This document shows positions 51,601 through 64,000 of a stretch of DNA of 64,000 nucleotides, in pieces. A model generated the notes under the pieces. It was not told where the DNA came from. It saw nothing but the letters and a program-made list of their open reading frames with translations, and did no database searches. Origin of the DNA: Balanoglossus misakiensis (taxonomy: Eukaryota > Animalia > Hemichordata); contig CM082595.2 in the NCBI GenBank assembly GCA_040954595.2, positions 10,405,918-10,469,917 on the forward strand. Direction: 5' to 3'. The position numbers and the translations under genes are program-made. How positions within the stretch are numbered: the stretch's first letter is position 1; each line of letters begins with the position of its first letter.

Positions 51601-54600
51601 GGTTTAAGGGTCAAGAGTTTAGTTTCAAGGGTCAAGGGTTAGATTTCAAGGCTCAAAGGTCGAGGGTTATAGATCAAATGTCAAGGGTAAGAGTTCAAGG
51701 GTCAAATGTGAGAGTTCAAGGGTTAGAGTTCAAGGGTTAGAGATCAAGAGTCAAGGGTAAGAGTTCAAGGGTCAAATGTTAGAGTTCAAGGGTCAAGGGT
51801 TAGAGTTCAATGGTCAAAGGTCAAGGGTTAGAGTTCAACAGTTGGAGATCGAGGGTCAAGGGGTCAAGGGTAAGAGCTCAAGGGTCAAGGGTTGGAGTTC
51901 ATGGGTCAGAGGTTCAATGGTTTGAGTCCATGGTTCAAGGGGTCAAGGATTAGAGTTCAAGGGTCAAAGGTCAAGGGTTAGAGTTCAAGACTTGGAGATC
52001 GAGGGTCAAGGGTTAGAGTCCAAGGTTCAAGGGTCAAGGATCAAGGGTTAGAACTCAATGGTCAAGGGGTCCTGGGTCAAGGATTTGAGTTCAAGGGTTA
52101 GAGTTCACGAGTTTGAGATCAAGGGTCAAAGGTCAAGGATTATAGTTGATGGGTCAACAGTTGACGTTCAAGGGTTAGAGTTTAAGGGTCAGTTGTCAAG
52201 TTTAGGGTTTAAGGGTCAAGAGTTTTTTACAAAGGTCAAGGGTTAGAGATCAAATGTCAAGGGTAAGAGTTCAAGGGTCAAGGGTAAAGTTAAGGGTCAA
52301 GGGTAAGAGCACATGGGTCAAGGGTTAGAGTTCATGGGTCAAAGGTTCAATGGTTAGAGTCCAAGGTTCAAGGGGTCAAGGATCAAGGGTTAGAGTTCAA
52401 TGGTCAAGGGGTCAAGGGTCAAGGGTTAGAGATCAAGAGTTTTAGATCGAGGGTCAAGGGGGTCAAGGGTCAAGGCTATGAGCACAAGGATCAAGGGTTA
52501 GAGTTCAATGGTCAAGGGGTCAAGGGTCAAGGATTTGAGTTCAACGGTCAAGGGTTAGAGTTCACCAGCCAAGGATTTGAGTTCAAGGGTCAAAGGTCAA
52601 GGGTTAGAGTTCAAGAGTTGGAGATCAAGGGGTCAAGGGTCAAAGGTCAAGGATTACAGTTGATGGGTCAACAGTTGGCGTTCAAGGGTTAGAGTTTAAT
52701 GGTCTAGGGTTCAAGGGTTAGAGATCAATAATCAAGGGTAAGAGTTCAAGGGTCAAATGTTAGAGTTCAAAGGTCAAGGGTTAGAGTTCAAGGGTCGAGG
52801 GTTGGAGTTCATGGGTTAGAGGTTTAATGGTTAGAGTCCAAGGTTCAAGCGGTATAGGATCAAGGATTAGAGGTCAAGGGTTAGAGTTTAAGAGTTGGAG
52901 ATCGAGGGTCAAGGGTCAAAGGTCAATGATTGTAGTTGATGGGTCAACAGTTGGCGTTCAAGGGTTAGAGTTTAATGGTCAAGGGTTAGGGTTTTGGGTT
53001 CAAGGGTTAGATTTCAATGGTCAAAGGTCAAGGGTTAGAGTTCACGAGCCAAGGGTTAGAGTTCAAGCAACAAAGGTCAGGGGTATGAGTTCAAGAGTTG
53101 GAGATCAAGGGTAAAGGGGGTCAAGGGTCAAGGGTATGAGCACAAGGATCAAGGGTTAGAGTTCAATGATCAAAGGGTCAAGGGTCAAGGATTTGAGTTC
53201 AACGGTCAAGGGTTAGAGTTCACGAGCCAATGATTTGAGTTCAAGGGTCAAAGGTCAAGGGTATGAGTTCAAGAGTTGGAGATCGAGGGTCAAGGGGGTC
53301 AAGGGTATGAGCACAAGGATCAAGGGTTAGAGTTCAATGGTCGAGGGGTCAAGGGTCAAGGATTTGAGTTCAACGGTCAAGGGTTAGAGTTCACGAGCCA
53401 AGGTTTGAGTTCAAGGGTCAAAGGTCAAGGGTTAGAGTTCAAGGGGTCAAGGTCAAGGATTATAGTTGATGGGTCAACAGTTGGCGTTCAAGGGTTAGAG
53501 TTTAATGGTCTAGGGTTCTAGGGTCAAGGGTTTAAAGGTCAAGCTTTAAGGGCCAGTTGTCAAGTTTAGGGTTTAAGGGTCAAGAGTTTAGTTTCAAGGG
53601 TCAAGGGTTGGAGTTCATGGGTCAGAGGTTCAATGGTTAGAGTCCAAGTTTCAAGGGGTCAAGGATCAAGGGTTAGAGTTCAATGGTCAAAGGTCAAGGG
53701 TTAGAGTTCAAGAGTTGGAGATCGAGGGTCAAGGGTCAAGGGTATGAGCACACGGATCAAGGGTTAAAGTTCAAGGGGTCAAGGGTCAAGGATTTGAGTT
53801 CAACGGTCAAGGGTTAGAGTTCACGAGCCAATGATTTGGGTTCAAGGGTCAAAGGTCAAGGGTTAGAGTTCAAGGGGTCAAGGCGCAAAGGTCAAGGATT
53901 ATAGTTGATGGGTCAACAGTTGGCGTTCAAGGGTTAGAGTTTAATGGTCAAGGGTTCTAGGGTCAAGGGTTTAAAGGTCAAGCATTAAGGGTCAGTTATC
54001 AAGTTTAGGGTTTAAGGGTCAAGAGTTTAGTTTCAAGGGTCAAGGGTTAGATTTCAAGGCTCAAAGGTCGAGGGTTATAGATCAAATGTCAAGGGTAAGA
54101 GTTCAAGGGTCAAATGTGAGAGTTCAAGGGTTAGAGTTCAAGGGTTAGAGATCAAGAGTCAAGGGTAAGAGTTCAAGGGTCAAATGTTAGAGTTCAAGGG
54201 TCAAGGGTTAGAGTTCAATGGTCAAAGGTCAAGGGTTAGAGTTCAACAGTTGGAGATCGAGGGTCAAGGGGTCAAGGGTAAGAGCTCAAGGGTCAAGGGT
54301 TGGAGTTCATGGGTCAGAGGTTCAATGGTTTGAGTCCATGGTTCAAGGGGTCAAGGATTAGAGTTCAAGGGTCAAAGGTCAAGGGTTAGAGTTCAAGACT
54401 TGGAGATCGAGGGTCAAGGGTTAGAGTCCAAGGTTCAAGGGTCAAGGATCAAGGGTTAGAACTCAAAGGTCAAGGGGTCCTGGGTCAAGGATTTGAGTTC
54501 AAGGGTTAGAGTTCACGAGTTGGAGATCAAGGGTCAAAGGTCAAGGATTATAGTTGATGGGTCAACAGTTGACGTTCAAGGGTTAGAGTTTAAGGGTCAG

Positions 54601-56765
54601 TTGTCAAGTTTAGGGTTTAAGGGTCAAGAGTTTTTTTCAAAGGTCAAGGGTTAGAGATCAAATGTCAAGGGTAAGAGTTCAAGGGTCAAGGGTAAAGTTA
54701 AGGGTCAAGGGTAAGAGCACATGGGTCAAGGGTTGGAGTTCATGGGTCAAGGGTTCAATGGTTAGAGTCCAAGGTTCAAGTGGTCAAGGGGTCAAAGGTC
54801 AAGGATTAGAGTTCAAAGGTCAAGGGTTAGAGTTTAATGGTCAAGGGTTTAAGGGTGAAGCAGGGTCAGTGGTAAGGTTCAAGGGTCAAGAGTTTTGGGT
54901 TCAAGAATTAAATTTCAAGGGTCAAAGGTCAAGGGTGAGAGATCATGACTCAAGGGTCAAATGTTAGAGTTCAAGAGTGAAGGATTAGAGTTCAAGGGTC
55001 AAAGGTCAAGGGTCAAAGATCAAGGATTATAGTTGATGGGTCAACAGTTGGCGTTCAAGGGTTAGAGTTTAATGGTCACGGGTTCTAGGGTCAAGGGTGT
55101 AAGGGTCAAGCATTAAGGCTCAGTTGTCAAGTTTAGGGTTTAACATTTACTATTAGAGAGTAACGGAGAGAGAATGGGATAGAGAGTGAGGGGGAGGAGA
55201 AGAGAGAGTTCAAGGGTTAGAGTTCAAGGGTCAAAGATCAAGGGTTAGAGATCAATAGTCAAGGGTAAGAGTTCAAGGGTCAAAGGTCAAGGGTTAGAGT
55301 TAAAGAGTTGGAGATTGAGGGTCAAAGGTTCAAGGGTAAGAGCTCAAGGGTCAAGGGTTGGAGTTCATGGGTCAAAGGTTCAATGGCCAGAGTCCAAGGT
55401 TCAAGGGGTCAAGAGTTAGAGTTCAAGAGTTGGAGATCGAGGGTCATGGGGTCAAGGGTAAGAGCTCAAGGGTCAAGGGTTAGAGTTCATGGGTCAAAGG
55501 TTTAATGGTTGGAGTCCAAGGTTCAAGGGGTCAAGGATCAAGGGTTAGAGTTCAAGGGGTCAAGGGTCAAGGGTTAGAGTTCAAGAGTTGGAGATCGAGG
55601 GTCAAGGGGGTCAAGGGTCAAGGCTATGAGCACAAGGATCAAGGGTTAGAGTTCAAGGGGTCAAGGGTCAAGGATTTGAGTTCAACGGTCAAGGGTTAGA
55701 GTTCACCAGCCAAGGATTTGAGTTCAAGGGTCAAAGGTCAAGGGTTAGAGTTCAAGAGTTGGAGATCAAGGGGTCAAGGGTCAAAGGTCAAGGATTATTG
55801 TTGATGGGTCAACAGTTGGCGTTCAAGGGTTAGAGTTTAATGGTCAAGGGTTCTAGGGTCAAGGGTTTAAGGGTCAAGCATTCAGGGTCAGTTGTCAAGT
55901 TTTGGGTTCAAGGATCAAGAATTTTGTTTCAAGGGTCAAGGATTAAATATCAAGGGTCAAAGGTCAAGGGTTAGAGATCAAATGTCAAGGATAAGAGTTC
56001 AAGGGTCAAATGTTAGAGTTAAAGGGTTCGAGTTCAAGGGTCAAGGGTTAGAGTTCAAGCGACAAAGGTCAGGGGTTAGAGTTCAGGAGTTGGAGATCAA
56101 GGGTCAAAGGTCATGGATTATAGTTGATGGGTCAACAGTTGACGTTCAAGGGTTATAGTTTAAGGGTCAAGGGTTTAAGGGTCAAGCATTATGGGTCAGT
56201 TGTTAAGTTTAGGGTTTAAGGGTCAAGTGTTTTGTTTCAAGGGTCAAAGGTTAGATTTCAAAGGTCATAGGTCAAGGGTTAGAGATCAAATGTCAAAGGT
56301 AAGAGTTCAAGGGTCAAGGTAAGAGTTCAAGGGTCAAGGGTAAGAGCTCATGGGTCAAGGGTTGGAGGTCATGGGTCAAAGGTTCAATGGTTAGAGTCCA
56401 AGGTTCAAGTGGTCAAGGATCAAGTGTTGGAGTTCAATGGTCAAGGATTAGAGTTCAAAGGTCAATGGTTAGAGTTTAAGAGTTGGAGATTGAGGGTCAA
56501 GGGGTCAAGGGTCAAAGGTCAAGGATTATAGTTGATGGGTCAAGCAGGGTCAGTGGTCAGGTTCAAGAGTCAAGAGTTTTGGGTTCAAGGGTCTAAGGTC
56601 AAGGGTTAGAGATCAAGACTCAAGGGTCAAATGTTAGAGTTCAAGGGTCAAAGGTCAAGGGTTTAAGAGTTGGAGATCGAGGGTCAAGGGGTTCAAGGGT
56701 TATAGTTCAGACAGCTGGTCAATGGTCAAAGGTAAAGTGTTAGAGATCGAGAGTCAAGGGTCAAA
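45651..56765 (+). repeat. G-rich heptamer-based satellite (AAGGGTC/AAGGGTT/AGAGTTC variants) with higher-order structure
   Basis: 7-bp periodic words throughout. A GA-rich header TTTAACATTTA..TTAGAGAG recurs at 45651, 49582 and 55139. Internal duplications of 1158 and ~2401 bp. Confidence 0.97.
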
Positions 56766-56879
56766 TATTAAAAACATGCGATATGGAAATAACATCGCTT
56801 TTGTATTGTATAACCCTTGCCTGGGATAAACACCTGATAGAGCATTATGTTTCCTATAATTCATAATGTACATAAATAA

Positions 56880-57250
56880 TTCCAGATCAGCGCTGCTTGC
56901 AGCTTTAATAATTCTCCAAAATTCGACCGGATTTCGAAAACCGCATAACCTATGGGGCTGAAACTTGGTAGGGTGATAGGGACCAATGATTGCAGTGGCT
57001 CGTAAATATTTAATTAGTCACATGATAGGGCTGGAGGTCTGGTTTTGGTTGGAGGCCCACCATGGGGTCAAAATTTTATGCCCCAATTTTGGGTGACCTT
57101 TGACTTACTTTCTCATATCTCAGCATCCAGAGCAGTTAGACCCCTGGCGTTTGGGATGATTGAGCACACAATGGAGTCTTTATACACGAAATTTTGTGAC
57201 CTTAGGGAAGCCTTTCACTTCGATGTACAATTTCTTCTTTCTTCAGTTCA
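56880..57250. mobile_element. Probable non-autonomous transposon core fragment
   Basis: Motifs GCTGAAACTTGG, GGGGTCAAA and TGACCTTTGAC resemble invertebrate HINE/MITE cores. No termini found. Confidence 0.3.
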
Positions 57251-57319
57251 TTAAAATTGTTGCCCATTGAGCCGATTCACCTATTGTGTACGTGTGTTCA
57301 TTTAATAAAAGGAATAGCA

Positions 57320-57610
57320 CTCAAATCAAATCAAATTGAAATAAATGAAATTAAATTAAATCGAAATCATATTATTAATGTTATAAAATTAAATTAGAGT
57401 AAAATAAATTATATTAATTAAATCAAATAAAAATCAAATTAAATCAAAACAAAACAAATTAATTAAAATACATTATATTAAACAATCAAATTAAGTTAAA
57501 TCCATCTGTCATTCATCCATCATTTATACATCCATCTTTTACCATCCATCTTTGAACCATCCTAATATTCATCTATCACCCATCCCATCTATCATCCATA
57601 GATCATTCAT
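57320..57610 (+). repeat. Low-complexity (AAATT/AAATC)n followed by degenerate (ATCC)n
   Basis: Visible pentamer and tetramer repeats. Confidence 0.8.
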
Positions 57611-60600
57611 CCACACTCATCCCGAAACCTAATCCTTACTGGGACCCCACATTAATCCCATGACCCAAAACCTCACCCCGAAGTCAGTCCCAGAATTGTA
57701 CTCTCAAAAAATACTTTATTACTCAAACACCAATCATCGATCCAATTCCAAACTTACACTTTCACCATCCCGTCACTACTCCCACCCAACTTCACCCCAG
57801 CCTATTCCCACTCGTTCCCCCATCATCACCCTGGCCTCCTTCACCAAAACCGCAGCAGACCACATAATGCCTCCCTCTTTTACTCCACACCTTACACCCA
57901 CCACAAATCCTAGCCATCACCCAACCTATCATAGCCCAAACAACCCAAACCCAAACAAAATTGACCCTAGCCCCACTTATCATCATCCAAGCTATCAATG
58001 CTCAACGGCAACCCAAATAACTTAAAGATTGGCATAAATCCAAACTCATACCACTGCCACCCCAAATATACAAAACCAAGACGATATTACGAACCAATAC
58101 CTACCATTTGTAGCAAATACACGACCAAAGATTTGATGCCATCTATCATCCATATATCATCCTTCCACACTCATGCCGAAACCTAATCCTTACTGTGGCC
58201 CCACCCTAATCCGATAACCCAATCAACTTCGTACCTCAAACATCACCCCGAAGTCAATGCAAGAATTATACTATCAAAAAAATTCTTATTACTCAAACAC
58301 CAATCACCTATCAAACTATAATGTTAAACTAACTCAGCTACCACTCACCACCCCGTCACCACTCCCACCCAACTTTACCCAAACCTATTCACACTCGCAC
58401 TCCCATCACCACCCTGGCCTCCTTCACCAAAACCGCACCATCTCTTACACCACACCTTACACCAACCACAAATTTAAATCCTGGCAGTCACCCAACCTAT
58501 TATGCCAAAACAATCCAAACCAAATCAAAATTGACCCTACCCTAAGCCTACCATCAATACCCGACGGCAAACCAAATAACACTTAACTCATACCGCTGCC
58601 ACTCCAACAATACATCAGGACTCTTTTTTTACAAACCATTTGTAGAAAATAGACGACCAAAGATTTAATCCCTTCAAATATTCATCTATCACCCATCCCA
58701 TCTATCACCCATATATCATTCATCCACACTCATCCCAAAACCAAATCCTTACTGGAACCCCACCTTAAACCAATGACCCAATCCCATTCGTACCTCAAAC
58801 CCCTACCCGAAGTCAATCCCAGTATTGTACTCTCAAAAAATACCTTATTGCTCAAACACCAATCATCGATCCAACTCTAAACTTAAACTAACTCACACGA
58901 CCTTGTCAGCTATCACCCACCACCCCAACACCACTCACATCCAACTTTACCCGAACATACTCCTACTCGTACCCTCATCACCACCCTGGCCTCCTTCACC
59001 AAAACCGCACCAGACCCTATAATGCCTCAATCTCTTACGTGACCACCACAAATCCTAGCCATCACTCAACCTATCATAGCCCAAACAAACCAAACTCAAT
59101 CATTCTTGCCCCACTTATCATCAACCAAGCCATCAATGCTCAACGGTGGTAACCCAAATAACACTTAACTTAAAGATTGGCATAAACCAAACTCATACCA
59201 CTGCCACCCGAAATATACAACACCAAGACTCTATTACGAACCAATACCTACCATTTGTAGCAAATACACGACCAAAGATTTGATCCCATATATCATCATT
59301 CCACACTCATCCCGAAACTTAATCCTTACTGGGCCCCACCCTAATCCGATAACCCAATCAACTTCGTACCTCAAACATCACCCCGAAGTCAATGCAAGAA
59401 TTATACTATCAAAAAAATTCATATTACTCAAACACCAATCACCTATCAAACTATAATGTTAAACTAAATCAGCTACCACTCACCACCCCGTCACCACTCC
59501 CACCCAACTTTACCCAAACCTATTCACACTCGCACTCCCATCACCACCCTGGCCTCCTTCACCAAAACCGCACCATCTCTTACACCACACCTTACACCAA
59601 CCACAAATTTAAATCCTGGCAGTCACCCAACCTATTATGCCAAAACAATCCAAACCAAATCAAAATTGACCCTACCCTAAGCCTACCATCAATACCCGAC
59701 GGCAAACCAAATAACACTTAACTCATACCGCTTCCACTCCAACAATACATCAGGACTCTTTTTTTACAAACCATTTGTAGAAAATAGGCGACCAAAGATT
59801 TAATCCCTTCAAATATTCATCTATCACCCATCCCATCTATCACCCATATATCATTCATCCACACTCATCCAAAAACCTAATCCTTACGGAACCCCACCTT
59901 AAACCAATGACCCAATCCCATTCGTACCTCAAACCTCTCCCCGAAGTCAATCCCAGTGTTGTACTCTCAAAAATACCTTATTGCTCAAACAACAATCATC
60001 GATCCAACTCAAAACCTAAACTAACTCACACGACCTTGTCAGCTATCACCCACCACCCCAACACCACTCACACCCAACTTTACCCGAACATACTCCTACT
60101 CGCACCCTCATCACCACCCTTGCCTCGTTCACCCAAGCCGCACCAGACCCTATAATGCCTCAATCTCTTACGTGACCACACCTTATTCCCACCACAAATC
60201 CTAGCCATCACTCAACCTATCATAGCCCAAACAAACCAAACTCAATCATTCTTGCCCCACTTATCATCAATGCATCAATGCATCAATTCTCAACGGTGGT
60301 AACCCAAATAATATTTAACTTAAAGATTGGCCTAAACCAAACTCATACCACTGCCACCCTTAATATACAACACCAAGACTCTATTACGAACCAATACCTA
60401 CCATTTGTAGCAAATACACGCCCAATGATTTGATCCCATCTATCATCCGTATATCATCCTTCCACACTCATCCCGAAACCTAATCCTTACTGGGACCCCA
60501 ATTTAAACCGACACAATCCACATCTTACATCAAACCTCGACCCGAAGTCAACCCCAGAATTAAAAAATACGTTATTACTTAAACAACAATCACCGATCCA

Positions 60601-60962
60601 ACTCCAAACTTAAACTAAGGCTCGCGACCTTGCCAGCTATCACCACTACCACACAACTTTACCCCAACCTATTCCCACGCACTCCTATCAGCACCCAGAC
60701 CTACATCCCCAAAGCCGCACTAGCCCCACCACAAATTTAAATCCTGGCAGTCACCCAACCTATCATAACTCAATTATCCCAAACCAAATCAAAATTGACC
60801 CTAGCCCTAACATTGCCCAAGCATGTTATCAATACTCGAAGGCCACCCAAATAACTCTTAATGTAACAAAAATCCAAACTCGTACTGCAAACCCAACTAA
60901 TTTAAAACGCTTTTACGCTATTCCGAACCAAAACCTGCAATTTTTATACACGACCAAAGATC
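57611..60962 (+). repeat. C/A-rich (G-poor) satellite, six ~555-600-bp monomers in A/B dimers
   Basis: Anchor CCACACTCAT at 57611, 58165, 58724, 59301, 59859 and 60462. Near-identical ORFs at 58257 and 59392 give a 1135-bp dimer. Confidence 0.93.
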
Positions 60963-61319
60963 CTGACCATATAAGAACTCACTTCTGTCAATAATCCAAA
61001 CTCCTACAAATTCTCTGACAGCTAATTAATAAAATTTATTTATTAAGGATTCAAAACAATGGAAATCAATTTGAATCATCTTTTTGAAAATATTATTTAA
61101 AACTCATTATTTGGGTGCGAATATGATGATTATTCTATATTCCAAGTATAAATTAAAAATGACTCATTTATCATTTCCAATTAAAAAAAGGCTTAAAACA
61201 TTAACTTTGTTTTCGAAAATATAAACACCCCTTGTGGATATATAGAGAATCAACATTTACCGACACCCATCTCGCTTGTGTGATATGAGAGTAATAACTC
61301 TTCCAAGAGAGACTTTGTC

Positions 61320-64000
61320 ACACATTGTTTATTTCAAATGAAAATGATTTAAAAAGCGATTTCAACATAAATACACAATGATTAAATGCTTCAGAACACT
61401 TTAAAATCATTCGAAATCTTTAAATACAATACCAAAACGATATTTAGTCCATAACGTACGTTTTTGATAAAAATTATTAGATAATGATTTCAAACTCAAA
61501 AACAGCCCATATTTTTAGGCTTTGAAATGATTTTCGTCTATAATAATCTAATTTAATAAGCTAAGTTTTTAATATTTGGAATTATAAACAATTATTATGC
61601 AAGAAATCACAAAAATGATTTAGCAAGCAATTCCAATATAAATGTTTTTCGAGGCATTGAACCGGTTTTCTATCATTCTAAAGTCTTTTTTAAAAGTATT
61701 ACAAAAAAACATTATTTGGCAAGAAAACTGCACAATACGACACTTTAAAATGTTATTTGTTTCATATTGCATGTTTTAAATAAAAACGATTCAATAAGCA
61801 TTTTAAATTGACAACCACTTATTTAGGCCAAAAAAAACAATGTGGGATCATTATTAAACCCTTGAAGCTTTATTTTCTCACAAAAATGTTTAATACCTTA
61901 TAAAATCAATGTCATATTCAAAAGGCGTATGTTTAACGGAAATGATTTAACAGGCAATTTCTATATATTTACACCCCTATTAAAGCCTTTGGAAAACTGT
62001 TAAATCATTCTAATCTTTCTTTGAACATAACACAAAACCATCCTTTATTCGGGCCCAAAAACTTCATCGTGCACATTTAACTCAAACACAATCTTATTTA
62101 GGATTATAAACATTCTAAATTACTTTTAAAATTTTTCTCTCGATTTAAGGCTTTTAAACACTTTATAATCATTCAAAAACTTTCATTGAAAGTATTACTT
62201 AAACACAATATTTTGGCACGAAAACTTCTCAATACGACATAAAAATACGATGTATGTTCCATATTGCTTTTTTACATTTAAAAAGACAAGAAACATTTCA
62301 AAACACTAATTTAGGCATGTAAACACTGTTAGAACATTTGGTAAAAAAACTATTTAATACGGTATAAAATGATGTTATATGCACATTGTATATTTTAAAA
62401 AAATATGATTAAATAAACAATCGATACATAAATACACGCATATTTAAAGCTCTAATACAGTAATATATAATTCTTAAACCTTTCTTTGTATATATGATAA
62501 AAAGCTAATTATTTGGGAATGAAAACTGTTTAAAACGATACTAAAACAATGCTTGTTCCATATTTCAGGTTTTAAATAAAAATGATCCGTAAAGCATTTT
62601 AAAGTTAAATACAAACTTATTTAGGCATAAAAAGCACCCTGGTATCATTATTTAACCCGTCTTTGAAATTTGATATAAAACGCATTATTTTTCACTTAAA
62701 GGGTTTAATTACGGTATGAAATCGTTTTTAATCACATTGTTTACTTCAAATGAAAATGTTTTAACAAGCGATTTCAACATGAATGCAACATGATTAAAGG
62801 CTTCAAAACACTTGAAAATCATTCTAAACAATTTCTTTGAATATAACCATTAATTTGTGCACAAAAACTTTAAATACAATACTAAAACGATATATGGTCC
62901 ATAACGCACTTTTAAATAAAAATTATTAGATAGTGATTTCAAACTCAAAAACACCCAATATTTTTAGGCTTGCGAATTATTTTTATCTGAAAATATAATT
63001 AACTCCAAAAACTGATATAAAATAGATGTTTTGATTCGTATATGTATTGAATAAAATCAAATAAGCCAAAATTAAGTTTTTAATATGAAAATGATTTAAT
63101 AAGCAATATAAATGTTTTGCTTATCATTCTAAAGTCTCTTTTGAATGTATTACAAAAAAAACATTATTTGGCAAGAAAACTGCTCAAAACGATATTAAAA
63201 ACGTTATTAGTTTCATATCATATGTATTAAATAAAAACGATTCAATAAGCATTTTAAATTCAAAACCACTTATTTATGCTAAAAAACAATGTGGGATCAT
63301 TTTTTAAAAACCTTTTTGAAATTTTTTTCTATAACACGCTTTAATTTTTCACAAAAAATGTTTAATACCTTATAGAATCAATGTCATATTCACAAAGCGT
63401 ATGTTTAACGGAAATGATTTAACAAGCAATTTCTATATATTTACACCCCTTTTTAAGCCTTTGGAAAACTGTTAAATCGTTCTAAAACCTTTCTTTGAAC
63501 ATAACATAAAACCATCCTTTATTTGGGCCCAAAAACTTCATATCGCACATTTAACTCAAACACGGCCTTATTTAGGATTATGAACATTCTAAATTCCTTT
63601 TAAAATTTTTCTCTCGATTAAAGGCTTTTAAACACTTTATATAACTTTTCAATACGACATAAAAAACGATGTTTGTTCCATATTGCTTTTTTATATCTAA
63701 AAAGACAAGAAACATTTCAAAACACTAATTTAGGCATTTAAACACTGTTAGAACATTTGATAAAAAAACTATTTAATACACTATAAAATGATATTATATG
63801 CACATTGTATATTTTGAAAAAAATATGATTAAATAAACAATCGATACATAAATACACGCATATTTAAAGCTCGAATACAGTAATATATAATTCTTAAACC
63901 TTTCTTTGTATAAATGATAAAAAACTAATTATTTGGGAGTGAAAACTGTTTAAAACGATACTAAAACAATGCTTGTTCCATATTTCAGGAAATATAAATA
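61320..64000. repeat. AT-rich tandem repeat with a ~1.42-kb higher-order unit and diverged ~300-bp sub-repeats (runs off the window)
   Basis: Blocks recur at 61326/62737, 61883/63355 and 62434/63854. An AAATGATTT...ATCATTC motif recurs every ~270-330 bp. Confidence 0.85.

Noticed and set aside
46934-56158. KGQG/SRVRVQG-rich ORFs up to 179 aa
   Set aside because: They are translations of the heptamer satellite, with frequent stops and frame changes and no splice or codon evidence.
57660-60155. Pro/His/Thr-rich ORFs
   Set aside because: The frames are open because the strand lacks G (few TAG/TGA); they simply follow the satellite monomers.

Overview
Eukaryotic, AT-rich, intron-containing animal DNA; the style suggests a marine invertebrate, but the taxon cannot be fixed from the sequence. 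No intact protein-coding gene is present. Positions 1-45252 are three tandem copies of a 15-17 kb mosaic unit (offsets 16,978 and 14,687 bp). The unit carries a decayed L2/CR1-type LINE, several MITEs (Kolobok-, P- and Helentron-like, plus one unclassified), a 5' Gypsy (Mag-like) fragment (copies 1 and 2 only), and a spliced pseudogene with 5 GCC2/GCC3 (ephrin-receptor-like) Cys-rich exons followed by 12 single-exon EGF modules. Nearly all of these EGF modules carry an unusual extra cysteine pair (8 Cys). Copy 2 has a 2,230-bp microhomology deletion. Copy 3 has three transposon insertions with clean empty sites in copy 1 and one EGF exon of its own. The rest of the window is satellite: an 11-kb G-rich heptamer array dense in nuclear-receptor DR1 motifs and telomere-like words, a G-poor ~560-600-bp satellite (an inverted piece of which is fused to the LINE in the duplicated unit), and an AT-rich ~1.4-kb repeat. 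Overall it looks like a heterochromatic (subtelomeric or pericentromeric) duplication zone. All alignments and counts were done by eye.
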